A stretch of 64,000 bases of DNA from Lama guanicoe (lineage: Eukaryota): contig MU054391.1 of NCBI GenBank assembly GCA_013239625.1, forward strand, positions 3,129,130 to 3,193,129, given 5' to 3'. Positions within the stretch are counted from its first letter, which is position 1. Each line of letters begins with the position of its first letter. Positions 48,241-61,527 of the stretch are shown here, piece by piece. A model generated the notes under the pieces. It was not told where the DNA came from. It worked only from the letters and a program-made list of their open reading frames with translations, and ran no database searches. A program made the position numbers and the translations under genes.

Positions 48241-49211
48241 TCGATCTAATTGAAGACGACCCTGTAGCAGAGAAGCCGCCTCCACGACGGTGAGCTACGC
48301 TTGCAGAGCCATTCGGTTGACTCTGGTAATCGACAGAGTGGGATGGGAACGTCATTTCTCTCTGGAACCAATGCGCTCTCTCTCTCCCTCTCTCTCTCCC
48401 TCTCCTTGCCTTTGACAGTGTGCAGAATTGTACAGAATAACTCAATCATATTTTAAAATAGTGACAGCAGGTATGATTCTCAGCTTGCTTCCCAGAGAAG
48501 CATAACATAAAGGCAGGAAGTCTGGCTGTAAGATTTTTAATACATTGTGTTCGTATGAACTGATGACGCTGTAATAACTAACACGTACTGAGCAGTCCAT
48601 ACAAGCCAGGGACGTGCCTACATCACTTCTTTCAGAGTTATGCAGAGGCTGCCACTCGTGGGGAAGGAGTTGCTCCAGAAGAAGACACAGTCTAGGCAGA
48701 GGCATGGCGATGCACAGAGAAGGCACATACAGCTTAGGAACTGAGCCACACAGATACTGCTGAACTGTCATCTGAGAGCAAAGGATCGCAAGAGAGGCCG
48801 AGTGACCTGGAGGAGCTGGAGGTGGTGGCCTTGCGTGGGGCTGAGCCGCCTTGTCTTACAGAGCAGGACCCGGCTACCCTCCGACTAAGTGGATGGAAGC
48901 CTGCAGCTGCTCCATAGTTACTATTCGGGAACATGCATTTCAAGAAGGAAGTCATAGGACTAATTAAAAAATTAATCAGCGCTCTGGCCAACACAAAGAG
49001 CCAAAAGCACTGCTAAGCTGATCTCTGAGCCACTTTATGGTTTTATTCCTCAGGGGCTAATTAATATCCTGTGAAAAAAGGAACAGAGAAGTAACCCTGT
49101 GTCCCTTTGGAACAGATCAAGTCCTCTGACGTCGTGACACCGTTTTGCTGAGTAGACATCATGGATGTCTGTGCTGTGTAAAGGGAGGTGCCGGGGAGTT
49201 TGGAGACAGTT

Positions 49212-49520
49212 CCTGTTAGTCAGGGTGAGTTATGCCAGCTGCTGTGACAAGCTGACCTTCAGATGAAACAATCTGCATGTCTAGATAGCGAACTCTCCAC
49301 ACAGCATCTGAGTCCAGCGGAGTCAGTGCAGGTGTGTGGGGCCCAGGCGCCCCGCTGGTCCCTTCTTGCTCTGTGCTGCAGACACAGCCTTTACATGGTC
49401 ACAGGCTGCCCCCATGGCCACATTGCCTGTTCTGGGGTAGAAGATGACAAAGGCTGGCTGGTGTCCTTTGGACAAGGCACTGTGCTGACTTGGAAGTTCC
49501 AGGCCTCTTCTGGTAGGTAA
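49212..49520 (-). mobile_element. Old MLT1 (MLT1I/J/L-like) LTR fragment
   Basis: ctgttagtcagggtgagttatgccagctgctgtgacaa resembles the antisense end of old MLT1 LTRs. Confidence 0.35.
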
Positions 49521-49949
49521 CAACGTGAGACTCAGAAACCTCTGTGATGCTCGCCACTCCTGCTGTCCATCACCAGGCTTCACCCCCCGTGACCTCCTGG
49601 TCCCCCATCCCTACTCTGACCTTTGACAAAGGGGAGGCTTATGGTAAATCAGGCAGCTGTTTTCACAAGACTGAGTCCTCATGTTTCAATATCATTTAAT
49701 ATTCAGAGGGGTTTATAGTCATTGGATTCTCCAGCCCACAAGGACTTCATTTTTGTACTTTATTTCCTTTCATTTCATCTTATGAACTAGTTACTCCTGT
49801 CTTTAGCTCTCTGCTTCTCGCCACACCTTGCTAAATTCAGCCCATAATAAAGAACAAAATCAAGATATAGATTCTCTCCAAAAACTTCTTTCTAGAGTCA
49901 TGGGGTCTAAAAAGTAAAGTTACGAAATGGAGAGAGAGAGTTTTAATAA

Positions 49950-50660
49950 ATGCAAAAAATGAACACAAGTGTCATATAAATGTTCCTGAAAATCAGTAAT
50001 AAAAACACAAGCCACAGCAGAACAAGGGGCAGATGTGAACAGGTGTTCTACAGGGGAGGAAACACAAACAGCTAACAGACACAGAGAGGCATGGCCGAAG
50101 CTCTCAGAGGCCAAGGGCGTGCGATTTAACACCACCAGGAATAATCATTTTACACCTGTTCTACTGGAAAAAAAAAAGACAAGAGAAAACTATCTGGATG
50201 CGAATATTCATATCAAGACACCATGAGGCAAAAATCTGGAAACAATCGAAAAGTGTATCAAAAGAAAACAGATGAATAAGCATAATATACGTTAGAGCAC
50301 TCGGATAAATTGGTAACAAGGACACACGACCATATGAGAAACCTCAGCAATAAGAGAGCAGAGTAAATCCTAAAAGATTGTCTGCAGCATAAAACATATT
50401 TTGAGAAGTTAAAGCGACTAAGATAATAAAGCTGCCTGTGAGAAGGCACACCAAATGATGATGAGGTGCCAAGAGTTGCCCCCCATCGGTTACCAAGGTG
50501 ATGGGACGGGGAACACTAACTAGCAAAGTGTAGGTTACATTCAACGTTCTGGCTTTTCTTCGCCCTGGGAGTTCTGTGCTTATCAAAAGATCATAAATAG
50601 GCAATTTGCTAAATAAATGGTTGTGATACACATGTGGACTAATGTGTTTTTCATGAACTT
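49950..50660 (+). mobile_element. Old L1ME-like fragment (ORF2 C-terminus and 3' UTR)
   Basis: ggggcagatgtgaacaggtgttctacaggggaggaaacacaaacagctaacagacac...cattttacacctgtt...aaatctggaaacaat. Confidence 0.65.
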
Positions 50661-50710
50661 AAATGACTAATCCGTAGTCCAATGATGTGTGCACTTGACA
50701 TCCAGAAACC

Positions 50711-50779
50711 GGGAAGGAAGGAGGGAGGGAGGGAAAGAAGGAAGGAAGCAAGCAGACGAGGGAGGGAGAGAGGAAGGAA
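50711..50779. repeat. (GGAA/GGGA)n polypurine tract
   Basis: gggaaggaaggagggagggagggaaagaaggaaggaag...gggagggagagaggaaggaaa. Confidence 0.85.
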
Positions 50780-50867
50780 ATTTATTTTCGTAAACCAAGT
50801 AGAAAAATTCAGCCTCCTTAAAGTGATGAAACTTCACGTCGTGTTTCATGCCTTTCAGCACCAATTG

Positions 50868-51100
50868 TCAATGCCAGGAATCTGGCAGTGGAGGAATAGC
50901 TACTAATTTCTTAGGGAAAGGAAATGTGAGCCAAGAATATTACATGCCCAGTTAATTTTACTGTAAAAAAGGAAACAGGAAGACGTCCTCAACATGAAAA
51001 AAGTAACCCGCATATGTTCTTTTGAAACAAAGTTTACTTAATGAAATAACTGATCCCTCAGTAGATGTGCAGAGAAACATGGTGCAAAAAGTGTGCTGGA
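50868..51100 (+). mobile_element. HAL1/L1 ORF1-like remnant
   Basis: aatgccagg...cagtggaggaat...agggaaaggaaatgtgagccaagaatattacatgcccag resembles the HAL1/L1 ORF1 C-terminal coding region. Confidence 0.5.
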
Positions 51101-51284
51101 CTCGGTGCAGGAAGGCAGGAGAGCATCCTGAGGGAGAGGAGCCTGATCCGGGCTTCTGTCCCTGCTAAGACGTCACTCAGGTGCAAGGCAGCATGTGGAT
51201 TCGAGAACTGTTTGCTCTTAATGAAGATGAAACTCAATCAAACAAGAAGTCAACACAGAAATTATTGGAATGAAGACATTTTGG

Positions 51285-51449
51285 GGACCTACTGCGTAGC
51301 ACAGGGAACTATATGCAATGTCTTATAATAACATACAATGGAAAAGAATCTGAAAAAAATATATACGTATTCGTGAATCACCTTGCTATACACCTGAAAC
51401 TAACATTGAAGTCAACTACATTTCAATTAAAAATAAAATTAAAAAAAAA
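51285..51449 (+). mobile_element. 5'-truncated L1 3' end (artiodactyl-type)
   Basis: ggacctactgcgtagcacagggaactatatgcaat...aatggaaaagaatctgaaaaa...tacacctgaaactaaca...tcaactacatttcaat plus A-tail. Confidence 0.85.
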
Positions 51450-52292
51450 TATTGGGGGAAAAAAAGAGTCATAGTGAAATTGTGAATCAATTTCAATACA
51501 GAATTTGAGCTACCCCAACACGTAACAGCTATCGAACTGAATATAACGATAGAAAATTCAAGCTACATATAATTTTAGAAACCAAGAGGTGAGAAAAGAA
51601 AAACGTAGAGGCACTATTTTCTTCACTAACTACACTACACAGCACATCAACCTGTGCAAAAATGGAACAGATCCTTAAACTGAAGTGTAACCATGGCAAC
51701 GTCTGATTGCTTTACATCACCCCGTCATTACCTCTAGAACCTGTTTTGGAACCAAATATTTAGAAAAGATGGAAGTCAGTGGTTCCTTTGGTTACATTTT
51801 TTTAAGATTTCATTTTTTAGAGCAGTTTTAGGCTTACAACAAAATTGAGAGGAAGGGAGAGATTCAGCCCCCAGCCCCTGCCTCCAGGCACGCGTGGTCT
51901 CCCCCAAAGTCACTTAGGTTGGCAGTTTTGTTTTTTTTAACCGAGGATGCACCTCCATTAACAGGCCATAACCACCCACAGAACATGGTTTACATTAGCG
52001 CCCATTCTTGATCCTGTGTACACTATGGATTTGGAGAAACCTGTAAAGATATAATCCATCATTACACTGTCACGCAGAGTATTTTTATTGTCCTAAAAAC
52101 TCTGTGCTCTGCCTGCTCACCTTCCCCGCCCTCACTCCCGGCAACGCCTGGTCTGTTCACTGCCCTCGTACTTTTGCCTTTTCCAGAATGTCACATAGCG
52201 AGGATCCTACAGTTTGCAGCTTTTTTCACATTGACTTCTTTCACTTAGCAATGTGTGTTTAAGATTCCCCCATGTCTTTTCATGGCTTGATA

Positions 52293-52396
52293 TTTATTCC
52301 TTCTCCTTCTCCTTCTCCTTCATGGAGGTATGGAGGATTGAACCCAGGACCCTGTGCATGCTAAGCACGCACTCGACCACTGAGCTCTCCCTACCC
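52293..52396 (-). mobile_element. Camelid SINE (short form, (GAAGGA)n tail) nested in L1MC1
   Basis: ggaggtatggaggattgaacccaggaccctgtgcatgctaagcacgcactcgaccactgagct; L1MC1 text resumes on both sides. Confidence 0.9.
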
Positions 52397-52747
52397 TTTG
52401 CGTTTCTTCTTAGCACCGAATGATGCTCCGTTGTCTGGACAGACCACAGTTCATCTACTTGTTCATCTACTGAGAGGACTTTGGTCGTTTTCAAGTTTTG
52501 GCATTTATGAATAGAGCTACTATAAACATCCTTGCACAGGTGTTTGTGTAGACCTAAATACCAAGAAGTGTGAATGCTGGATTATATTGTTAAAGGGTAT
52601 TTAGTATTGTCAGAAAAATTAAAAGCCGAACTGTCCTTCAAAGCGTCTACACCATCTTGCATTCCCACCAGCAATGAGTGAGAGAGTTCCCGTTTCTCCC
52701 CGTCCTCACCAGCATTTGGTGTTAATGGCATGTGGCTTTTGGTCATT

Positions 52748-53213
52748 CTAATAAGTGTGTAGTGGTACCCAATGGCTATTGTAATTTACAATGACCTTTA
52801 AAATGGAGCATCTTTTCATATGTGTATTTTCCACCTGTATATTTTCTTTGGTGAGGTGTCTGTCAAGGTCTTTGGCCAATTTTGTAATTGAGTGGTTTGT
52901 TTTCTTATTGTTGAATTTTAAGAGTTCTTTATATATTTTGGCTAGCAGTCCTTTAGCAGGTGTGTTTTTTACAAATATTTCCTCCCAATCTGTGTCTTGT
53001 CTTCTAATTCTCTTGCTACTGTTTTTCACAGAGCAGAGCTTTTGATTTTAGTAAAGACCACCTTATCAATACTTCTTGGATGCCTTGTGTCTTTGGTGTT
53101 ATATCTAAAAGGCCATTGCCATACCCAAGGCCATCTGCATTTTCTCCCGTGTTATCTTCTAGGTTTATAATTTTTTGTTTGTTTTTAATTTTAAATTTAG
53201 GTCTATGATCCAT
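52748..53213 (-). pseudogene. Decayed L1 ORF2p C-terminal coding remnant (frameshifted)
   Basis: RQDTDWEEIF...KGLLAKIYKELL...KLAKDLDRHLTKENIQVENTHMKRCS and LEDNTGENADGLGYGNGLLDITPKTQ align by eye to L1 ORF2p (RQPTEWEKIF...KWAKDMNRHFSKEDI...HMKKCS; LEENLGNTIQDIGMGKDFMSKTPKA). Confidence 0.9.
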
Positions 53214-53394
53214 TTTGAGTTAATTTTTCTATGAAAGTAATTTTTTTTTCTGTTAGCTTAAAGTAAAACTAATGTTCAAATAATTTGTAAAATAACACAG
53301 CCTGGTCTCATTTTTATGAGATGGTTTTTTCCTATACTTTTGTTTTTCTCTCTGCTTGTCTAACCTCACATCTATGTAAATGTGCACAGATGAG

Positions 53395-53622
53395 CAACAG
53401 CTGTGAACCACTGTCCTGGACCAAATTCACCTCGAGGTGTAAATTGTTTGGTTCACACCAGAATCTGCTGCTGTTTGAACTTAAATCTCAACGCATTTAG
53501 CCCTGGTCTGCCATTTCCGTTTCCTCCCAGCCACCTCATCTCTACTTACCTTTCACCTAGTTAATTCGGGATTTATTCCACCCTATTGGCCCCTGGAGTA
53601 ATATGCATCTGTAACCACTTCA
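53395..53622 (+). mobile_element. hAT-Charlie MITE, MER102-like
   Basis: ggaccaaattcacctc...ttgtttggttcacac near the 5' end; tggcccctggagtaatatgcatctgtaaccact at the 3' end. Confidence 0.45.
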
Positions 53623-54930
53623 TGGACAGTGTGCAAAGAATGTTCTTATAACTGGAATAATAAGATGTGTTATATTTCTGTTTTTCTCTTGTTAAATATT
53701 TTATTTCTGTAGTGCTACAAATTTGTATAATGTGCTGGTAACAATTTATTTTAAAACTATAAAGTCAATGTAAATATATTCAATGTGCGCAATCAATTAG
53801 AGAGAAGTGCTTGTAACATTTTTATTTACATGGCCACTTTCATGCAAAATGATGGGTACCCACGCGTAGACTGATGACAGTTTGATGCCATGTTATCTTA
53901 AGCAGATTCTGTAACCAATATGTCAGATGTCAATATTTATAAAATAAATGAGCACGGTGATACATGGACCCAATTAAGTCTCAAACACATTAGAAAAAAA
54001 TGCAATGATGTATATGAAGTGCTTGGAATAATTTGGAAGAAAAAAATGGTATATAAACTCAAGATGGTGTTTGAAAGAATGATCATTTACTATGGGATTT
54101 TTTTCGCTGATGGATCTCAGCCTCACTTAAACCTGCTGTCTGGAAATTGTTCAATAAATTCCCAGAAATGTGTAGATCCATCTAGATCAGCATACATGAG
54201 CAGATTCTACAAATCAAAGTAAACCTATCTCATGAGACTTGACCTGAGAACAAAATTATCATTGCCGAGAATTCTCTAACATTCCTCGGGCCCTCGCCCG
54301 CACACGAGCATTCAGGCTTTCTAGGCGCTTTCACAGCTGGTCTGCAGCACACGTTTTGTCTTCCTCTTCTTCATCCCCAAGTTCCAAAAGCCCTTTGTTA
54401 GAGGCACAGAAAACGACCTTCTCCCGAGGGACCCGTGAGCGTCCACGCCCCGATTCTGCTGCGTGCTCTCCTCCCTGCTGGAATGAATTAACCTCTTCTC
54501 TGTTTTCCCTACACCTGCAATTTTTTGCTCATCCTTCAACGTCTTACTCTGTGGCCCCTCTGCCAAGGACCCGTCCCACACACTCCCAGGTGGCCGACAC
54601 TCACTTCTGCGCTTCGGCAGTGGGCCGCCCAGACCCCTCGTGCTGTCCACGTCGCTGGGAAACTGTGGGCTGGGTTCAGGTATTCGCTCTGCTTCCCGTC
54701 AAACCGATTAACCCTCGAGACCGCTGACAGTGAGCACAGGTTTTGTACACATGGCAGATTGGAAGGACCTGAATTCCAGTGAAATAAAAACCAAGTTTAG
54801 AATTTCACGTAATTAACTTTGCATAGGTGGCCTCAGACTTACAGGCCCAGCCATCTCAGCGGTGAGGTCCGGTGCCCCAGGCACGTCTACTGGCCACTCG
54901 GCTGAGGGATGATTGCATCCCTCGGTTCTA

Positions 54931-55074
54931 TTTTTTTTTAACTGAAGTGTAGCCAGTTTACAATGTTGTGTTAATGTCTGGGGTACAGCATAGTGATTCT
55001 GTTGTGCATATATCTTTATATACATTCTTTTCCATAATAGGCTATTATAAGGTACTGAATGTAGTCCCCTGTGC
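54931..55074 (-). mobile_element. 5'-truncated L1 3' end (artiodactyl-type)
   Basis: ttttttttaactgaagtgtagccagtttacaatgttgtgttaatgtctggggtacagcatagtgattc...attcttttccat...gaatgtagtcccctgtgc. Confidence 0.85.
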
Positions 55075-58000
55075 CCCCGAATCTAGTTTTTAAAGAGGCT
55101 ATTGTCTTATAGGTCTGTCCCTGTGTAAGAAGAAGTGATTTAGTTAAAGGAATCTGTTTTAAAAAGTCACCTAGCACTGGTTTACTTTCGATTTGCTTTA
55201 TGTTTGGACCACAGGGTGACAGCCTGAGAGCCGCTGGAGCGTAGGCTTGGCCTGACGGAAGTTGTCTTTCGGTCACTGTAAAGGCCTGAAGTGACATCAC
55301 GCAAGTCCTAGCCTTGTCTTCTCTGACGCTCTTTTGAAGCTGATAATATTCTCAGTACCCAAAACACGTGTCCTGTTCCCCAGCTGGCTCCCGCGGTCCT
55401 GCCTCTCAGCCCTCCTCTCTAGCGTCACGGGGGTGATGGTTTCCCCGTGGGCCGCCGTGAGGATCCAGTGAGAGGCCGCACGTGGGATACCCTGAGACCC
55501 TCGAGTGCAGCACGGATGCTGAGGAGGAGGTAGTAAGGGTGTTGTCCCTGAAGGAGCTAGCTGTTTGCCCACAGACAAAGACAAACGCACGTGTACGCAC
55601 ACGCACATACCTCTACAGAGCTTCCTTTAACAAATTAACCAGTCAGGCCAGCGCCACGCAAAACTATTAGGGAAGTCCAACCAAGCACAAATAATCAGGG
55701 GCAGCTAACCCCTGCGCTCCCTCAGGGAGGCCAACCTTCTGGAGTTCTTTCCTTGTCTATTAACCCGTTTCAGCGTATCCATCATTTTACCCGATTTTCT
55801 TTTGCTTCAGTCTCTGTTTTCTTCACAGCTTGTCTTCACAAGGTCGGTTCCCGTCTAGGAAGCCCCTCTGCAAGATCCGCACTGCCCTGCGTAGGGCTGA
55901 CGGCCCGGATCAGCAGCAACAGCTGATCGGCATCAGGGCCGTGAACGGATGTGGTAGAGAGTCTGCAAATGTGGTCACGTCACTGCCTCTACCCCTTGAG
56001 TCTGGGCTTGCCCTGAGGCTCATTTGGACCACTGAACATCGGAAAATGGGACACAGACATGAGAAGTGCTTGCCCCTGGGTCTTGCCTTCACTTGCTTCG
56101 TTTGGAGCCTGAAGGCACTTGGGAGAAGCTCAGCTCACTGACCAGGGAGGAGAGACCCATGAGTGACAGCTGTACCTACTGAGACCATCCAGACAAGCAG
56201 CTACGGCACCAGACACTCAGCGTCTAGATCTGGCCCTAACACACTGTCTAATTTTGGGGATGAGTCTGCAGCATTCTTAATCCTCAACTACTTCATCAGC
56301 AAAATAAGAAAAAATGTATATATAAATCCTGCCTCCTAACACTCTCTCCTCGCTATCATTCCGGCTCTTTGACTATAAAGGAACTGCTCTGGGGCAGGAG
56401 CACAGCCTTGGATCATTATTTCAGTGTGGACTCCGGGACTGACGCCAGGACTCTCTTCCGGGGATGTGCCTGCCTCCCTCCTTGGTTCTGAGAACCAAGC
56501 ACATTGTGTGTTAATTACTTTGCAAGAAAAGTCTCTTATGTGTGGGAATCACTGTGGCTGAATTCGACCACAAAGCATAGAAATGCTTGTTGGGCATGAG
56601 ATGTGAAATGCTGCTCATGGAAGAAGTGAAAAATGGACAGCCTGAGTGGACAGAGGATTAATGGTAGAATTTCTGGGAAAGTAAAAATGTTGTGAATGAC
56701 TCCATATAAGAGCTTTCAAAGTCCACACTGGGCGTGTAAAGCTGGTATGCCATGAAATTATTTTCCTCCAATAGTGACTGTCAACTGACGGAGCCTTATG
56801 AAAGCCATGTGTGTTGGGTTAGAGGTGAGCTTCTGTGGGTCCAAGTGGAATGTTCCATCCCCGGGTGTCTGGGACCGCAGGAGTCTGGGGATCCAGACAG
56901 GACAAGACCTGAAGCAAAAGCCAACGTTTGAGCTCTGGGGAAGTGCCGTGCACACACAGGGGCTCCAGGGAGACTCAGGTCAGCTTTCCAGAAACATGAG
57001 CAGGGAGCTGGGTAGGTAAAGGGAGTCAGAAATAGGTCAAGGGTGAGGCGTGGGGTCTTGGTGGCCTTCATCGTTCCCGGCACCACCGCGGGCCTCAGCA
57101 GGTCTCGGGGGCTGCTCCACGGGCTGGAGGCAGGGCAGCCACCGCGGAGAACAGTTTCATCCCAAACCACGATCCCACAGGTAGTCCATTCCAAACCTGG
57201 GTTGCTCTCAGAATGTCACATTTGCCACTAATGCAATGCAAAGGGGAAGCTGAAAACTAAACAGTATTACTAATCGTGACAGAAAGCTTTTAGCCTGACT
57301 CCTTTATGCAATGATGGATGTTGTTTATCATCTTTTACTTGTTGCTTTGAAACTTCCCTTGTCAGAATGAATCATGACTAAGGGGCTGGGGGCTGGGTTA
57401 GAGCCACGGTGATTCGTCTCGTTCCCGCTGTCCCCACTGGGGGGCAGGAGCAAGAGGAAGCAGAAGAAATAGGCAGGCTTGTCCCAGGATGAAAATCACT
57501 CTCTTTGCCAGAATCTGCCGTGGGTGCACCTGCACCCATAAGAAAGAACGCGATCTGCCGTGTGGAGGATTCCCTTCCTGCGCGAGGGGAGTGGGGCTGC
57601 AGTCTGACACTTGCTAGCTGGTGGACTGAGAATGAAGATTCACTTACTTGTCTCTTAACTACGTAAATGAGTGTACAGAAAAAACCCCCTTGCAGCTGCC
57701 GAGAAACTGTCTTTAAGATGCCTTATCCAGTCTCCTCTCACGGGCAATGAAGCGTGAGTGCCACATGCCCGGTCCCCTCCCAGCCTGACTCTCCGAGGGG
57801 CCCGCCACGCTGGTCAGACAGTAAACGTGTGCGAACCTTTATCAGTGACTTGTTCGTCTGTGTGACTTCTTTTTCATTTAGCTCTGGCAAGACCCTACCC
57901 GGCACAATCCATTTCAACTGTGACCACTGTAGAGTCAACCGGCTTAATAGTCTTCAGAGGAATAAACTAATTATAATAAATAAAGTTGATTTTTGATACA

Positions 58001-60954
58001 TGTAGAACTTCTTAATTATACAGCTGAAACCAAGACTCATTCTTTAAAGCAAAACAAGACAAAACATAGACATTTATTTTTTCAAAATGCACAGAATTCA
58101 ACATCTGTCCACGTAAGAGGGTGAGAGATGGCTGGAAGTAACTGTCACACGGCGTTAGTGGCACGTGCGAGATGGTCCAGGTACTGGGAGTCTCTGTGAA
58201 GCACCAACCACATTACTACGCTGTTTACACTGCTTCTGTCCATCTCTCCACTATCAAAGCGTGTTCCCAAGACCCAGGAGCCAGAAAGCCTGGGTTCTAA
58301 CCCAACATGAACAAAGACTGCTTAGCCACAGTCCTGGCAGGTAGGACCTCCAAGTCCCACGAGAATGAAGCCCCTCGCCAGCACCGAGAGGAAAGGACCA
58401 GACGCTCTCTAGGACCAGGGGTGCCTTATTGTCTCCCTCAGGGGGGCCTCCCACCTCCCGGACTCGGGCCTAGCTTACACGGCCGACCTTCACTGAACTC
58501 GCCATGGACCTGAAGGAGCCCCCTTCATTGTAGGGTGTCGTGGAGAATGAGTGGTAAACAGCACAGATGGACTGTTTCATGCAGTGCTCGGTGCATTGTG
58601 AGTAATAATAATGTGACTATTACCACAGCTCCTGTGGCTCAGGGGCTACCGTGGTGTAACAAGCATTGTAAGTGCTTTCTACTGAGAAGCAAAGGAAACA
58701 AGAGCCAAAAAGATACTTTTCGAGCCTGAGCTGGGGAGGAATTATGGAGGAACTGGTTAAACACAGAAATGAAGAAGGGCTATGAAAACAGAGGTGGGAG
58801 GGTGTTCACAAGGGCCTGAAAATAAGTAGAAAATGTAAGGAGGAGATTAACCACCAGGCACAGAAAGCTGAGCCTGCCTGGTGGTCCTGCAGGATGTGAG
58901 GATGACGGGAGGACGAATGGCCGTGAGGGTAGAGCCCGGTCTGGTGTGGGTGTGCAGACAGGTCGCGATCACAGCTAAGGCAATATCTACGGCTTGAGGG
59001 ACAGGAAGACTGATGAAGCTTGCTGGTTAAATTCTTAATTTCCTGCCCCATGCACCTTGCCAGGAAGAGGGACGCCCCCCAGAGTGACCTTCCCAGCTTC
59101 TTGGCCGCTCCTCACTCACTCCTCCCAGTGGAGGAAAGCGTGTTCTCTGAACTGGTTGGTCGTGGCAGGACTGGATCCGTTTTTCTTAACTGGAAAAAGT
59201 CACTATTGAAAGATTTATTGCTGAAGAGTTTGGACTCTTTTTCTTCCGTTTCCTCTGAGACAGTGGGATGCAGTCTCCCTCCATATGTGTGTCTGTTCAG
59301 ACCCAAATCTCCCCACTGAGTTTGCTCAGCTGGCGACTCCCAGATCTGGATTTGCCTCAGCGGAGGGGAGTCGGGCAGGAATGCTGGCAAGTGCGTTTGG
59401 TCCCATGTTAACCAAACCTTCCCACCAGACGCCCTTTGTCATAAACTCCCCAGCTGTCTGGTTCCTGTGTCTAGCCCTCATTTGGCTCCAGACTGGACTG
59501 TGAATCGGGGATGGTGAGCCCTCAGGGTGCCATATGGAATCTGGGGAAGATTGAGGGCAGTGGTCAGGGTCACTCAGCCATCCCGTACTACCCGGTGGAC
59601 GTCACACGGGTCAGCCCACTTACTCTCACAGAGACCTGTTGTCCACGGAAGAAACTGAGACACGTTGCTGAAGGGAGTCGCAGACCTGGGAGGCAATGGT
59701 GCAGAATGTGAGTCTCGAGATTTGAGCTAAGCAAAGTGTGTTCTGTTCTGCTATATCTTATTGCTGATTTTCAATTAAACATGTTACATTTAATGTTTCT
59801 TTAATTTTCTCAATTGTGTGCATGCATCTCGCATTCCTGGCTGAATTTTAATCTACTCAACACGCCAGAAAGGAACAATTGTATCTATTCCTTCCCTTGC
59901 AAAGCATTGGTCATATTGTTGGACCTTTTGCAAATACTCTTCCTGGATTATATTTACAGATCGTGAGTCCATACATTTTAGGGATTTCATGAAATCATGC
60001 TTTAATGGCCCCAGCATTAGTAAGTGTCAGCCATGAAAGTGAAGGCTAAACTAGAAATTCCAGAATTGAATTTGTGCCAGGAACACGGAGAGTCTTCGAC
60101 AGATCGCTCAGCCCTTTTGCAGCCTCAACTTCCTAAAACCCATCCGTCACTGGGAAGATCAAAACCGTCAGACACAGTAAGTATTGAGGAAGAAGAATCG
60201 GCATGAATGCTTAATAACAATGCTGGTTCCTTAAGAGTCTATCTTGTTTGGAAAATTCCTTTTATTGCAAGTTAGAATTTCCCTTTCTTCAGTTTATCTC
60301 CAGATCCATACTGGAGACAAGCAGAGTAAGTATGAATCACTGGTGCCCGTGTGAATCACTGTGACAGGGGAGATGCAGTCACTAATTATACAGCAAGTCA
60401 AGCAGTTCTCTTCCTCCTTGAGATCATCTTCCCAGGGTTTACAGGCTATTTTTGTGTGTTTTCTTGGGCCAGTCAGCCCAGCTGTACAGTTTAAGTTTGT
60501 ATTAACCTCATACAACAGATTCTGTAGTCCGCTATTCATGGACTCTCTTGAGTCCCATGTCCGTTTCTTGCTGGTATCTGTACAGGCACATACGTCTTTG
60601 CTGTGTCAGTGCCCTCAAAATACAGTCCCGGGTCCCACCTCGGTAGCTCTAAAATTCCCTTTTTCCTCACACTGTATGAATGCGTGTTAGCATCTTCTGG
60701 TCCCTCCTCTTCATCAGCAAGTGTAAATGTTCCTATTATATGCGGTTCACCACACTGTTTTCTACCATTATTTGGTTACCCTGAAAGCTTCAATTTTACT
60801 TCTTTTTTTCCGCATGTATTACATGTCACAGTATCATTACTTAAATCAATTAAGAAGTGCAGAGTTAGTCATATGTTTCATTGGGTTAATTCTCTCAGTA
60901 CCCACGCTCATGCTTGGGTTCTGATACTTCTTCCTCTGAGGCGAATGTTTGCAG

Positions 60955-61150
60955 GCTCCAAGGAAAGGCCACGTGAGGTCCTACCAAGAAGGCAGCTGTC
61001 TGCGAGCCGGGGGAGCGCCCTCCCCGGAACCTGAACCAGCCGCAGCCTTGATCTTGGACTTCGAGGCTGAAGACCTGTGAGAAACTGAATTTCTGTTGTC
61101 TAAGCCACCAGGCTGTGGTGTGTAGTGATGGCAGCCTGGGCAGGCGAACA
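60955..61150 (+). mobile_element. MLT1A-like LTR 3' half
   Basis: aggaaaggccacgtgagg...agaaggcagctgtctgcgagcc...ccttgatcttggacttc...ctgtgagaaactgaatttctgttgtctaagccacc...atggcagcc. Confidence 0.85.
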
Positions 61151-61527
61151 CCGGAGGACCTGCTACCTGAATTGTTGGGGTGGGAAGTAAGGATCAAAGG
61201 GCAGGGTGTTTAAAACAGACATTCTGCGGGCGCTGTGGTTACTGGTTGCGAAGACGTAGCATAGAAGTAGGTGGATGAGCTGGGGCAGGGAGAAAACGGT
61301 CCATTACAGCGAGGCACCAAGAGATCAAACTGTGGGGATGTCACCTGTGGAGATGCTGACGTCATGCAGGGTGGTGCCAGGATGGTGGAGGAAACGGGGT
61401 GCTTGATGGTGGCTCTCCACCTTCCGTGCGTGTGGACTGCCCTGGAGATCAGGACAGAGTGATGAAGAGAAGTCAAGGGTGGGGTGTCTGAATGCCCAAT
61501 TCGTAAACGTCTCTTTTTAAAAACAAG

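Larger units (their letters stand above)
51797..53232 (-). mobile_element. L1MC1-like LINE fragment (3' UTR plus ORF2 C-terminal part)
   Basis: tttttagagcagttttaggcttacaacaaaattgagaggaagg 3' end and tttgccttttccagaatgtcacatag. Continues into ORF2-derived reading frames. Confidence 0.9.

Noticed and set aside
60340..60900. Possible decayed coding remnant of an old LINE or DNA transposon on the minus strand
   Set aside because: Hand translation gave no RT, endonuclease or transposase motif; left unassigned.
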